A program made the translations under genes and the position numbers. From an uncultured Solirubrobacteraceae bacterium (GTDB taxonomy: Bacteria > Actinomycetota > Thermoleophilia > Solirubrobacterales > Solirubrobacteraceae), in NCBI GenBank assembly GCA_963730755.1, contig CAVSSW010000008.1, positions 73,601 through 137,600 on the forward strand: a DNA stretch of 64,000 bases. The letters run 5' to 3'. Of this stretch, positions 49,716 to 58,655 are shown piece by piece. Under the pieces are notes generated by a model, which ran no database searches, had not been told where the DNA came from, and was given only the letters and a program-made list of their open reading frames with translations. Each line of letters begins with the position of its first letter. The stretch's first letter is position 1.

Positions 49716-51391
49716 GCGTGCTCAGCTTCGAGCGCGTGAGCTACACCTACCGGGGCGCCCCCTCGCCCGCGCTGCGTGAGGTTTCCCTGAGCCTCTCGCC
49801 GGGAGAGTTCTGCGTCCTTGCGGGGCGCTCGGGCTCGGGCAAGTCGAGCGTGCTGCGCGCCGCTGCGGGGCTCGTGCCCCATTTCCACGGCGGGACCTTC
49901 GCGGGCCGAGTGACCGTCTCAGGGCTGGACACGCGCGAGCACGCCCCCGCTGCGATCGGGGCGGTTGCCGGGACGTTGCTCCAGGACCCCGAGACGCAGG
50001 TCGTGATGAGCACCGTCCACGCCGAGCTCGCGCTCGCCGTCGAGAACCAGGGACGCGGGCCCGGCGCGGTCGCGCGCGCCGTCGAGGAGGCCGCGCTCGC
50101 GCTCGGCATAGCCGAGCTGCTCGACCGTCCGACCGCGGAGCTCTCGGGCGGCGAGCTGCAGCGTGTCGCGCTCGCCGCAGCGCTCGTCGCAAGACCCCCG
50201 CTCGTGCTGCTCGACGAGCCCACCTCGCAGCTCGACCCCGTCGCCGGGGACGAGCTGATCTGGCAGCTGCGCAGGCTCAACCAGGAGTCCGACACCGCCG
50301 TGCTGCTGATCGAGCATCGCCTCGAGCGCTGCCTCGGCGCGGCCGACCGCGTGATCGCGATGGAGCGGGGAGAGATCGTGTGCGACCGCGATCCCTCCGG
50401 CTTCCTTGAATGGGCGGCGGTCGAGCAGCGTTCGCTGCAGACCCCCGCCGCGCGGCTGATCGAGGGCGTCGGGCTCGGCCCCGCCCCCGCCGGGGTCAAG
50501 CAGGCGCGGGCCACGCTGCGTCGTCACGCGCTGTTACCCGACTCGCACCCGCCCGGTGAGGGCGCGGGCGAGCGCGCCGAGGTTCATGCGAGACCCGCGC
50601 GCGGCCCGCGCGCGCTGCTCTCGCGCATCGCCACGCGGCGCGAGCGCGACGCACCCGCATTGCGTGCCAGGGGGGTGTGGCACGAGCTGCGCGAGGGTCG
50701 CGCGGTGCTGCGGGGGGTGGAGCTGAGCATCGCCCCGGGGGAGACCGTTGCGTTGATGGGCAGAAACGGCGCGGGTAAGTCCACGCTGCTCCGCCACGCC
50801 GCCGGACTGCTCGAGCCCACCCGCGGGAGCATCGAGGCCCGGGGCCGCGTCGCGCTGCTGATGCAGAACCCGGGCGACTACCTGCTCCACGAGCGTGTCC
50901 GCGATGAGGCACCCCTGTCCGCGCTCACGCTGCTCGGCCTTGACGCGCTGGCCGAGCGCCACCCCCGCGATCTCTCCGGCGGGGAGCGCCAGCGGCTGGC
51001 GCTTGCGGTGGTGATCGGCGGCGGCGAGGCACCCGGGACGCTCGCCCTTGACGAGCCCACGCGCGGGATGGACCGCGAGGCCAAGGGAGAGCTCGCCGTC
51101 TGGCTGCGCGCCCGCGCATCCGAGGGCACCGCGGTGCTCGTCGCCACCCACGACGCCGAGTTCGCCGCCGCGCTCGCCTCGCGCGCGGTGCTGCTCGCGG
51201 AAGGCCGTGTGATCGCGGACGGCCCGATCGAGGAGATCCTCTCGGGAGGCTGGTACTTCGCCACGGAGACCGCCCGGGTGCTCGGCGGCGCGGGCGGAGC
51301 GCTGCTGCCGGAGCAGGGTGTGGAGCTTCTGCGCAGGGCGCGCGCGGCGCCCGCGCTGCTCAGCGGCGAGCGTCTGGCGGCGGGCGGATGA
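49712..51391 (+). CDS. ECF transporter duplicated ATPase (A-A')
   Basis: GRSGSGKS/LSGGE/DEPT and GRNGAGKS/LSGGE/DEPT. Confidence 0.93.
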   Translation: MSVLSFERVSYTYRGAPSPALREVSLSLSPGEFCVLAGRSGSGKSSVLRAAAGLVPHFHGGTFAGRVTVSGLDTREHAPAAIGAVAGTLLQDPETQVVMSTVHAELALAVENQGRGPGAVARAVEEAALALGIAELLDRPTAELSGGELQRVALAAALVARPPLVLLDEPTSQLDPVAGDELIWQLRRLNQESDTAVLLIEHRLERCLGAADRVIAMERGEIVCDRDPSGFLEWAAVEQRSLQTPAARLIEGVGLGPAPAGVKQARATLRRHALLPDSHPPGEGAGERAEVHARPARGPRALLSRIATRRERDAPALRARGVWHELREGRAVLRGVELSIAPGETVALMGRNGAGKSTLLRHAAGLLEPTRGSIEARGRVALLMQNPGDYLLHERVRDEAPLSALTLLGLDALAERHPRDLSGGERQRLALAVVIGGGEAPGTLALDEPTRGMDREAKGELAVWLRARASEGTAVLVATHDAEFAAALASRAVLLAEGRVIADGPIEEILSGGWYFATETARVLGGAGGALLPEQGVELLRRARAAPALLSGERLAAGG

Positions 51392-53097
51392 GCTGGCAGC
51401 TCGGTTCTTTCGCGATCGTCCTCGCCTCGCTCGCGGGCGCCTTCTGGTGGTATGAGCGCAGCCATCCTCCGGCGAAGCTGCTCGCCGTCGTTGCCACCCT
51501 TGCCGCGCTCGCCGCGCTCGGCCGCGACGCCTTCGCCGCAGTTCCGGACGTGAAGCCGATCACTGCGATCGTGCTCGTCGGCGGGCTCGCCTTCGGCGCG
51601 CGGCCCGGCTTCGCGATCGGCGCGATCTCCGCGCTCGCCTCGAACATCCTGCTCGGAGAGGGGCCCTGGACCCCGTGGCAGATGCTCGGCTGGGGGCTCG
51701 TGGGGATGCTCGGTGCCGCGCTCGGCGCTCTGCTCGCCGGGCGCCGACCCCCCGCGTTGCTGCTCGCCCTGGCCTGTGCGGCGGGAGCCGAGCTCTTCAA
51801 CCTCGTGCTCGACGTCTACACCTGGACCGGGACCGGCAACCACACGCTCGCCGGACTCGGCGTCGTGCTCGGCTCGGCGAGCGTCTTCGACCTCACGCAC
51901 GTCGCCGCGAGCTTCATCTTCGGTCTCGCCTTCGGAAGCGTCCTGCTGCGGATGCTCACGCGGGTCCGGAGCCGTCTTCAGATCCGCTGGCTGGAGAGCG
52001 ATCCGCTCGCCGGCGGCACACCCCCGGAGAGCGGCCCTCCGGCGGGAAGGCTGCGTCCGGGACGCGCGGCGGCGCTGCTCGGCGGTCCGCCCGCCGCACT
52101 CGCGCTGATGCTCTGTGTGCCGCTGCTCGTGCTCGGCCTCGCCGCCTGTGCGCAGGCCACGAAGTCCGCCACGGACGAGACGAGCGCACACAGCGCGCGG
52201 GCCACGATCTCCCGCGAGCTCACCTACCTGACGGGTGCGCAGAACACCGATGGAGGCTTCGGTGCGGCCCCGGGTCTGCAGAGCAGCGAGCTCTACACCG
52301 CCTGGGCGGCGATCGGCCTCGCTGCCGCCGGACGCAGCCCGCTCGCGCTGAGCCGCGACTCGCACACCGTCCTCGACGCGCTCGGCGGCGAAGCCTCGAG
52401 CCTGAGCGGCGCGGGCGACGTCGAGCGCACGATGCTCGCGCTGCACGCCTGCGGGGTCTCCGCGCGCGTACTCCCGGGCGCGGGGAGCGGGGGAGACCTG
52501 CTCACCCGTCTGCTCGCCTACCGCAAGCCCGACGGGTCCTTCGGGGATCTCTCCAACCTCACCTCCTTCGGCATCCTCGCGCTCCGCTCGGCCGGGCTCT
52601 CGCCGAGCTCGGGACCCGTCGCCGCGGCGGGTCGCTGGCTCGCTCGCCAACAGGACTCAGACGGCGGCTACAGCTTCGCCACCCGCGGCGCGGGGAGCGA
52701 CGTGGACGACACCGCGGCCGCGATGCAGGCCCTGGCCGCCACCGCCCCGCGGCGCACCGCGCTGCTCGCACGCGCGCTCGGCTTTCTGCGCCACGCGCAG
52801 AACCTCGACGGGGGGTATCCGCAGGAGCAGGGCGGGGAATCCAACGCGCAATCGACCGCCTGGGCCGTCCAGGGCCTGATCGTGGCGGGCCTCGACCCCG
52901 CGAAGGTGCATCGCTCGGGGAGCCTCAGCCCGCTCGGCTATCTGGAGAGCCTCGTGACCGCCAACGGCAGCGTGCGCTACTCACGCACGGGCGCCCAGAC
53001 ACCCGTCTGGGTGACCGCTCAGGCGCTCACCGCGCTCGCCGGGCGCCCGTTCCCGATCGCGGGGCCGCCTTCAGGGGTCGTTAACAAAGCCTCCTAA
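51388..53097 (+). CDS. CbrT-like ECF S component fused to a prenyltransferase-repeat alpha/alpha-barrel
   Basis: N-terminal PDVKPITAIV...SNILLGEGPWTPWQM; extra TM; repeats QNTDGGFG, KPDGSFG, QDSDGGYS, QNLDGGYP, ANGSVRY. Confidence 0.85.
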   Translation: MSWQLGSFAIVLASLAGAFWWYERSHPPAKLLAVVATLAALAALGRDAFAAVPDVKPITAIVLVGGLAFGARPGFAIGAISALASNILLGEGPWTPWQMLGWGLVGMLGAALGALLAGRRPPALLLALACAAGAELFNLVLDVYTWTGTGNHTLAGLGVVLGSASVFDLTHVAASFIFGLAFGSVLLRMLTRVRSRLQIRWLESDPLAGGTPPESGPPAGRLRPGRAAALLGGPPAALALMLCVPLLVLGLAACAQATKSATDETSAHSARATISRELTYLTGAQNTDGGFGAAPGLQSSELYTAWAAIGLAAAGRSPLALSRDSHTVLDALGGEASSLSGAGDVERTMLALHACGVSARVLPGAGSGGDLLTRLLAYRKPDGSFGDLSNLTSFGILALRSAGLSPSSGPVAAAGRWLARQQDSDGGYSFATRGAGSDVDDTAAAMQALAATAPRRTALLARALGFLRHAQNLDGGYPQEQGGESNAQSTAWAVQGLIVAGLDPAKVHRSGSLSPLGYLESLVTANGSVRYSRTGAQTPVWVTAQALTALAGRPFPIAGPPSGVVNKAS

Positions 53098-53108
53098 CCT
53101 CTTTGGGG

Positions 53109-53852
53109 ATGAATGGAGCCGCCGTTTCAGCTCACGCACGCCCTCCCCGAGCGCTCGCGCCGAGCGCGGAGGGACCGCGCAGCCCGTCCAAGCCGCTCGC
53201 GCTGGCAGGGCTCTGCGTGCTCGCGCTCGCGGCGATCTGGTCGCTCGCGGAGCTCGTCCCCGCGATCCATCTCAAGGACGCTGTGGCGCTCTACGAATTC
53301 ACGACGCTCGGCCGCCCGAGGCTCGACAAGGGACTCGAAGTCCTGCTCGAACTGCTCAACCCCGCGGAGTTCGTCCTCTGGGGCGTGGCGCTCGTAGCGG
53401 TCGCGATCGCGCGCGACCGCCCGCGGGTGGCCTTCGCGGTCGCGCTCGTCCTCGGTCTCGCTCCGCTCTCCGCTGAGGAGCTCAAGCCGCTGCTCGCCCA
53501 CTCCCACGACCACATCGGCAACGTCTCGATCGGCGCGGCCTCATGGCCGAGCGGGCATGCGACCGCAGCCACGGCGCTCGCGATCTGCGCGGTCCTCGTC
53601 GCGCCGCGCCGAGCGCGGCGCCCGGTCGCGATAGTCGCCGCAGCCTTCGTCCTCGCGGTCTGCGTCGCGCTGCTGGTGCTCGCGTGGCACATGCCGAGCG
53701 ACGTGCTCGGAGGGATCCTGCTCGCCTCGCTCTGGACCGCGCTCGCCGTCGCGGGGCTGCGCGTGGCCGAGCGGCTGAGGCCCACTCGCGCCGCGCTCGA
53801 GCGCTCGCCGCACGAGGCCCGCGGGGGCCGAGCGCTCAGCGCCGCGCGCTGA
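53109..53852 (+). CDS. PAP2-family membrane phosphatase
   Basis: LKP, SWPSGHA, WHMPSDVLGG. Confidence 0.85.
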   Translation: MNGAAVSAHARPPRALAPSAEGPRSPSKPLALAGLCVLALAAIWSLAELVPAIHLKDAVALYEFTTLGRPRLDKGLEVLLELLNPAEFVLWGVALVAVAIARDRPRVAFAVALVLGLAPLSAEELKPLLAHSHDHIGNVSIGAASWPSGHATAATALAICAVLVAPRRARRPVAIVAAAFVLAVCVALLVLAWHMPSDVLGGILLASLWTALAVAGLRVAERLRPTRAALERSPHEARGGRALSAAR

Positions 53853-53895
53853 AACCACCCACGCCTCGGCGCGCCTCCCGCGCGCGCCCGGCGAG

Positions 53896-54495
53896 CTACT
53901 CCGTGGCGCCCTCGCCGCCGTGCGCACCCGGCTCCCAGAGCGGCTCGGCCGCGCCCTCGCCCGTCGCGTTGGCCGCGCGGCTGAGGATGAAGAGCAGGTC
54001 GGAGAGGCGGTTGAGGTATCGAACCGTCTCCGCGTTGACCCCCTCGACGGCGATCGTGCGCCGCTCCGCGCGGCGGCACACGGTGCGACAGACGTGCAGC
54101 TGCGCGGCGGCGGGCGTGCCCCCGGGAATCACAAAGGAGCGCAGCGGCGGAAGCGTCTCGTTGACCTCGTCGCAGGCCTGCTCGAGCCAGGCCACGTAGT
54201 CGGGGGTGACGCGCAGCCGCTCGCGCGCCTCCTGGGCGGATACGCCCTCGGGTGCGGGCACGCTCAGGTCCGCGCCCACGTCGAGCAGATCGTTCTGGAC
54301 GCGGGTGAGCCACTCGGCGAAGCGCACGGGCATGCCCTCGGCGAGCAGCGCCACGCCGAGCTGGGCGTTGAGCTCGTCGACGGTCCCGTAGGCCTCGACG
54401 CGCGGATGGAGCTTGGAGACGCGGCTCATGTCGCCGAGGTGCGTCTCGCCGCCGTCGCCGAGCTTGGTGTAGATGCGGGTGAGATTGACTGTCAT
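53896..54495 (-). CDS. PduO-type cob(I)alamin adenosyltransferase
   Basis: IYTKLGDGGET, AYGTVDELNA, RTVCRRAER, YLNRLSDLLF. Confidence 0.95.
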   Translation of the reverse strand: MTVNLTRIYTKLGDGGETHLGDMSRVSKLHPRVEAYGTVDELNAQLGVALLAEGMPVRFAEWLTRVQNDLLDVGADLSVPAPEGVSAQEARERLRVTPDYVAWLEQACDEVNETLPPLRSFVIPGGTPAAAQLHVCRTVCRRAERRTIAVEGVNAETVRYLNRLSDLLFILSRAANATGEGAAEPLWEPGAHGGEGATE

Positions 54496-54593
54496 CGCGG
54501 GCCTCCGGGGCTGGCCGGGACGGATCTGTTCACGCGATGTTAAAGGGCCAGCCGCCGCGGATCGGCGGGATCGGGTACGTTCTCGCACCTCAG

Positions 54594-55724
54594 ATGCGGA
54601 TCGGTGTCCCGAAGGAGACGGCGGCCGGCGAGCACCGTGTTGCGCTCGTGCCGGAGGTCGTCAGCAAGCTGCAGGCGAAGGGCCTCGATGTTCTCGTACA
54701 GAGCGGAGCGGGCGCGGACGCGCTGCTCGGCGACGACGCTTACACCGCGGCCGGCGCGAAGATCTCCACCGATGCGGCGGAGGTCTGGGCCTGCGACGTG
54801 GTGCTCACGATCGCCCCGCCCGACCCTCAGGCGATCCGCGGCCTCGGCCGGGGATCGATCCTGATCGGCTTCCTCGCCCCGCTCACGAGCCCGCAGACGA
54901 CGAAGGCGCTCGCCGAGGCGGGTGCGACCGCCTTCGCGATGGAGGCGATCCCGCGTATCTCCCGCGCCCAGTCGATGGACGCGCTCTCCTCGCAGAGCAA
55001 CGTGGCGGGTTACCGCGCGGTGCTGCTCGGCGCCGAGGAGATGGGCCGGTTCTTCCCGATGCTGATGACCGCGGCGGGGACGATCCCGCCCGCGAAGGTG
55101 CTCGTGCTCGGGGTCGGCGTGGCCGGCCTGCAGGCGCTCGCGACGGCCAAGCGGCTCGGCGCGCGCACGACGGGCTACGACGTGCGGCCTGAGGTCGCCG
55201 AGCAGGTCGAGTCGCTCGGCGCCCAGTGGCTCGACCTCGGCCTGGAGGCGAGCGGCGAGGGCGGATACGCGCGCGAGCTCACCGACGAGGAGCGCGCCCA
55301 GCAGCAGCAGGCGCTCACCGACGCGATCAAGGGGTTCGACGTGGTGATAACCACCGCGCTCGTCCCGGGGCGGCCCGCGCCTCGCCTGGTCACCGCGGAG
55401 GCCGTCGAAGGGATGAAGCCGGGCTCGGTGATCGTCGACCTCGCCGGTGAGGCGGGAGGGAACTGCGAGCTCACCGAGCCGGGTCAGACGACGATCAAGC
55501 ACGAGGTGAAGATCGTCTCCCCGCTGAACCTGCCCGCCACGATGGCCGAGCACTCCTCGCAGCTCTTCGCGCGCAACGTGCAGGCGCTGCTCGAGCTCTT
55601 CGTGGGTGAGGAGGGAGCTCTGCAGCTCGACTGGGAGGACGAGATCGTGAAGGGAGCCTGCGTGGTGAAGGAAGGCCAGATCGTCAACGAGGGCGCGAAG
55701 GCCGCCGTGGAGAAGGCGGCGTGA
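54594..55724 (+). CDS. pntA: NAD(P) transhydrogenase alpha subunit, part 1
   Basis: MRIGVPKET, RISRAQSMDALSSQ, GVGVAGLQA. Confidence 0.95.
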   Translation: MRIGVPKETAAGEHRVALVPEVVSKLQAKGLDVLVQSGAGADALLGDDAYTAAGAKISTDAAEVWACDVVLTIAPPDPQAIRGLGRGSILIGFLAPLTSPQTTKALAEAGATAFAMEAIPRISRAQSMDALSSQSNVAGYRAVLLGAEEMGRFFPMLMTAAGTIPPAKVLVLGVGVAGLQALATAKRLGARTTGYDVRPEVAEQVESLGAQWLDLGLEASGEGGYARELTDEERAQQQQALTDAIKGFDVVITTALVPGRPAPRLVTAEAVEGMKPGSVIVDLAGEAGGNCELTEPGQTTIKHEVKIVSPLNLPATMAEHSSQLFARNVQALLELFVGEEGALQLDWEDEIVKGACVVKEGQIVNEGAKAAVEKAA

Positions 55725-56050
55725 TCCTCGCGAGCACCCTCACCACGAACCTCGCGATCCTCGTGCTCGCGGGCTTCATCGGGTTCGTCGTGATCTCGAA
55801 GGTCCCGAACACGCTGCACACGCCGCTGATGTCCGGGACGAACGCGATTCACGGGATCGTCCTGCTCGGCGGGCTGCTCGTCGTCGGGCTCTCGGGGAAC
55901 TCCGCCTTCAACAAGGTGATCCTCGTGATCGCGATCGCCTTCGGGACGATCAACGTGGTGGGCGGCTTCCTCGTGACCGACCGGATGCTCGAGATGTTCA
56001 AGTCCAAACCCAAGGCGAAGGGCGAGGGCGAGGAGAAGAGCAAGGGATGA
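55721..56050 (+). CDS. pntA: NAD(P) transhydrogenase alpha subunit, part 2
   Basis: LHTPLMSGTNAIHG, NVVGGFLVTDRML. Confidence 0.95.
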   Translation: MILASTLTTNLAILVLAGFIGFVVISKVPNTLHTPLMSGTNAIHGIVLLGGLLVVGLSGNSAFNKVILVIAIAFGTINVVGGFLVTDRMLEMFKSKPKAKGEGEEKSKG

Positions 56051-57471
56051 GCCTGCCGATCGCCTCCTCCTTCCTGCAGGACGCCTCCTTCCTCGACGTC
56101 CTCTACATCATCGCCTTCGGACTTTTCATCCAGGGGCTGCGGGGACTCTCCGGACCGACCACGGCCGTGCGGGGCAACCGCATCGCCGCGGTGGGCATGG
56201 GGATCGCCGTGGTGGCCACGCTGCTCAACCAGAACGAGGGCAACTGGGCGCTGATCGTGATCGGTGTCGCGCTCGGCACCGCCGTTGGGGTGCCCGCTGC
56301 GCGCCGCGTGAAGATGACCGCGATGCCGCAGATGGTCGCGCTCTTCAACGGCGTGGGAGGCGGCGCGGTGTTCCTGATCTCATGGGCCGAGTTCCGGCTC
56401 TCCGGGGGCTACGCCAACACTCCCACCTACATCGCGGTCTTCTCGCTGTTCGCCGCGATCGTGGGGTCCGTTTCCTTCTGGGGCTCGAACATCGCGTTCG
56501 GCAAGCTTCAGGAAATCATCCCGGGTCGCCCGATCACACTCGGCGCCTCCCAGCAGTTCGTCAACGCCCTGCTGCTGCTGGTCGCGGTGGGCTGCGGTGT
56601 GGCGATCGCGGCCGGGGAACACTCCGAAGTCCTCTTCATCGTGCTGCTGCTCTCAGCGGCGCTGCTCGGCAACGCGGTGGTGTTCCCGATCGGCGGTGCC
56701 GACATGCCGGTCGTGATCTCGCTCCTGAACGCGTTCACCGGGCTGTCCGCCGCAGCCACGGGCATCGCGTTGAACAACCCCGCGCTGATCGTCGCGGGGA
56801 TGATCGTGGGCGCCTCGGGCACGATCCTCACGAACCTGATGGCCGTGGCGATGAACCGCTCGATCCCCGCGATCGTCGCGGGCGGGTTCGGCGGCGGGGG
56901 CGCCGTGGAGGGCGCCGAGGGGGCGGGGGAGCATGCCGGAACGGTGCGCTCGACGACCGCCGCCGACGCGGCGATCCAACTCGCCTACGCGAACCGCGTG
57001 GTGATCGTCCCGGGGTACGGGATGGCCGTGGCGCAGGCTCAGCACGCCGTGCGGGAGCTCACCAAGGAGCTCGAAAAACGTCAGGTCGAGGTGAGCTACG
57101 CGATCCATCCCGTGGCGGGGCGCATGCCCGGGCACATGAACGTGCTGCTCGCCGAGGCCGATGTGCCCTACGACCAGCTCAAGGAGATGGAGGAGGCGAA
57201 CCCCGACTTCCAGCGCACCGACGTCTCGCTCGTGATCGGCGCGAACGACGTGACCAACCCGGCCGCCAAGTCGAATCCCTCCTCGCCGATCTACGGGATG
57301 CCGATCCTCGAGGTCAACGACAGCCACGCGGTGATCGTGATCAAGCGCTCGATGAACCCCGGTTTCGCGGGAATCGAAAACGAGCTCTACTACGACCCGA
57401 AGACCGAGATGCTCTTCGGCGACGCGAAATCAGCGGTCGCCGACATCACGGCCGAGCTCGCGAACATCTAG
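56047..57471 (+). CDS. pntB: NAD(P) transhydrogenase beta subunit
   Basis: MTAMPQMVA, IGGADMPVVIS, HPVAGRMPGHMNVLLAEA, GANDVTNP. Confidence 0.96.
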   Translation: MSLPIASSFLQDASFLDVLYIIAFGLFIQGLRGLSGPTTAVRGNRIAAVGMGIAVVATLLNQNEGNWALIVIGVALGTAVGVPAARRVKMTAMPQMVALFNGVGGGAVFLISWAEFRLSGGYANTPTYIAVFSLFAAIVGSVSFWGSNIAFGKLQEIIPGRPITLGASQQFVNALLLLVAVGCGVAIAAGEHSEVLFIVLLLSAALLGNAVVFPIGGADMPVVISLLNAFTGLSAAATGIALNNPALIVAGMIVGASGTILTNLMAVAMNRSIPAIVAGGFGGGGAVEGAEGAGEHAGTVRSTTAADAAIQLAYANRVVIVPGYGMAVAQAQHAVRELTKELEKRQVEVSYAIHPVAGRMPGHMNVLLAEADVPYDQLKEMEEANPDFQRTDVSLVIGANDVTNPAAKSNPSSPIYGMPILEVNDSHAVIVIKRSMNPGFAGIENELYYDPKTEMLFGDAKSAVADITAELANI

Positions 57472-57491
57472 AGCGGACGCTCCTCGGCGCG

Positions 57492-57860
57492 CTAGGGCGC
57501 CTTGTGACAGACGGCCTCGATGTTGTTGCCGTCGGGATCGAGCACGAAGGCGCCGTAGTAGGTGGGGTGGTAGTCGCGCAGCCCGGGCGCGCCGTTGTCG
57601 GTCCCGCCGGCCGCGAGCGCGGCAGCGTGGAAAGCGTCGACGGCGGGGCGGTCGGGTGCGGCGAAGGCGACGTGCAGCGGGGCCTCGGGCGGGCGACGGT
57701 CGCCGCGCAGAATGAAGAAGGGGAGTTGCCCCTCGCCGAAGGCCGCGAGCACGCCCTCCTGCTCGAAGAGCCGCGTGACGCCCAGCGGTTTCAGGGCCTG
57801 CTCGTAGAAATCGGTGCTGCGCCGGTAGTCGCCGACGCCGAATGCGACGTGGTCGAGCAT
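57492..57860 (-). CDS. VOC/glyoxalase family protein
   Basis: MLDHVAFGV, HVAFAA, YYGAFVLDPDGNNIEAV. Confidence 0.92.
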   Translation of the reverse strand: MLDHVAFGVGDYRRSTDFYEQALKPLGVTRLFEQEGVLAAFGEGQLPFFILRGDRRPPEAPLHVAFAAPDRPAVDAFHAAALAAGGTDNGAPGLRDYHPTYYGAFVLDPDGNNIEAVCHKAP

Positions 57861-57916
57861 CTCTTGTCTGCCTCCCTGTGGATCGTCGGTCTGAGTGGCA
57901 TGCGATCGTACATCTA

Positions 57917-57942
57917 TATGCACATGCTAATGTATGCACATG
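57917..57942 (+). promoter_or_regulatory. Probable vapBC operator and leaderless promoter
   Basis: Direct repeat TATGCACATG at 57917 and 57933 flanking TGcTAATGT (extended -10-like). Confidence 0.55.
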
Positions 57943-58185
57943 TTGGAGCACCGTCTGCAAATCTTGCTTGACGACGAGCGGCACAGACGGATATCCGCGA
58001 TCGCGCGTGACCGTGGCGTCTCTGTGGCGGCTGTGGTGAGGGAAGCGATCGATCGCGGCCTGGCCTCGCCTACAGGACGCCGTCGCGCGGCGGCATCGCG
58101 GATTCTGGACTCGCCCGGGATGGAGGTGCCTGACCCCGAGGCCCTGCGCGCCGAGCTGAACGACCTGCGCGCGCGGCGGGCGTGA
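57934..58185 (+). CDS. vapB: RHH (CopG-like) antitoxin
   Basis: RLQILLD...ARDRGVSVAAVVREAID; overlaps the PIN gene. Confidence 0.8.
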   Translation: MHMLEHRLQILLDDERHRRISAIARDRGVSVAAVVREAIDRGLASPTGRRRAAASRILDSPGMEVPDPEALRAELNDLRARRA

Positions 58186-58613
58186 TCCTGCTCGACACGA
58201 CCGTTCTCGTCTACGCGACGGGATTGGATCACCCGTTGCGCGGACCCTGCCGCGAGCTCGTTGCGGCAATAGCGGACGGCGACGTGCGAGCCACGACGAC
58301 GGTCGAGGCGATCCAGGAGTTCGTTCACGTGCGGTCTCGACGACGTGACCGCAGGGAGGCCTCGGAGATCGGGACGGACTACGCCGAGTTGCTCGCACCG
58401 CTGCTCTCGCCCGGCCAGGACGATCTGAGAGCGGGACTCGCGATCTTCGCGCGCACGCCGCGCCTCGGCGCGTTCGACGCCGTGCTCGCGGCGACGGGTC
58501 TGAACGCGGGTGTCACGGCGTTGGTCTCGGCGGACGCATCGTTTGAGGCGGTACAGGGACTCGAGCACGTGGTCCCCGATGCCGCGGGCGTTACCAAGCT
58601 GATCTCGGCCTGA
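58182..58613 (+). CDS. vapC: PIN-domain toxin
   Basis: ILLDTTVLVYA, QEF, FDAVLAA, VSADASF. Confidence 0.9.
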   Translation: MILLDTTVLVYATGLDHPLRGPCRELVAAIADGDVRATTTVEAIQEFVHVRSRRRDRREASEIGTDYAELLAPLLSPGQDDLRAGLAIFARTPRLGAFDAVLAATGLNAGVTALVSADASFEAVQGLEHVVPDAAGVTKLISA

Positions 58614-58655
58614 CCGGCCCGGTCCGCCGCCAGGCCCTCTGCGAGACTTGGCGCC

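Noticed and set aside
51388-53097. Terpene cyclase or prenyltransferase biosynthetic gene
   Set aside because: It is a single extracellular barrel fused to an S-component under a B12 riboswitch, with no isoprenoid genes nearby. The DVDD motif resembles the cyclase DxDD, but context favours a binding role.
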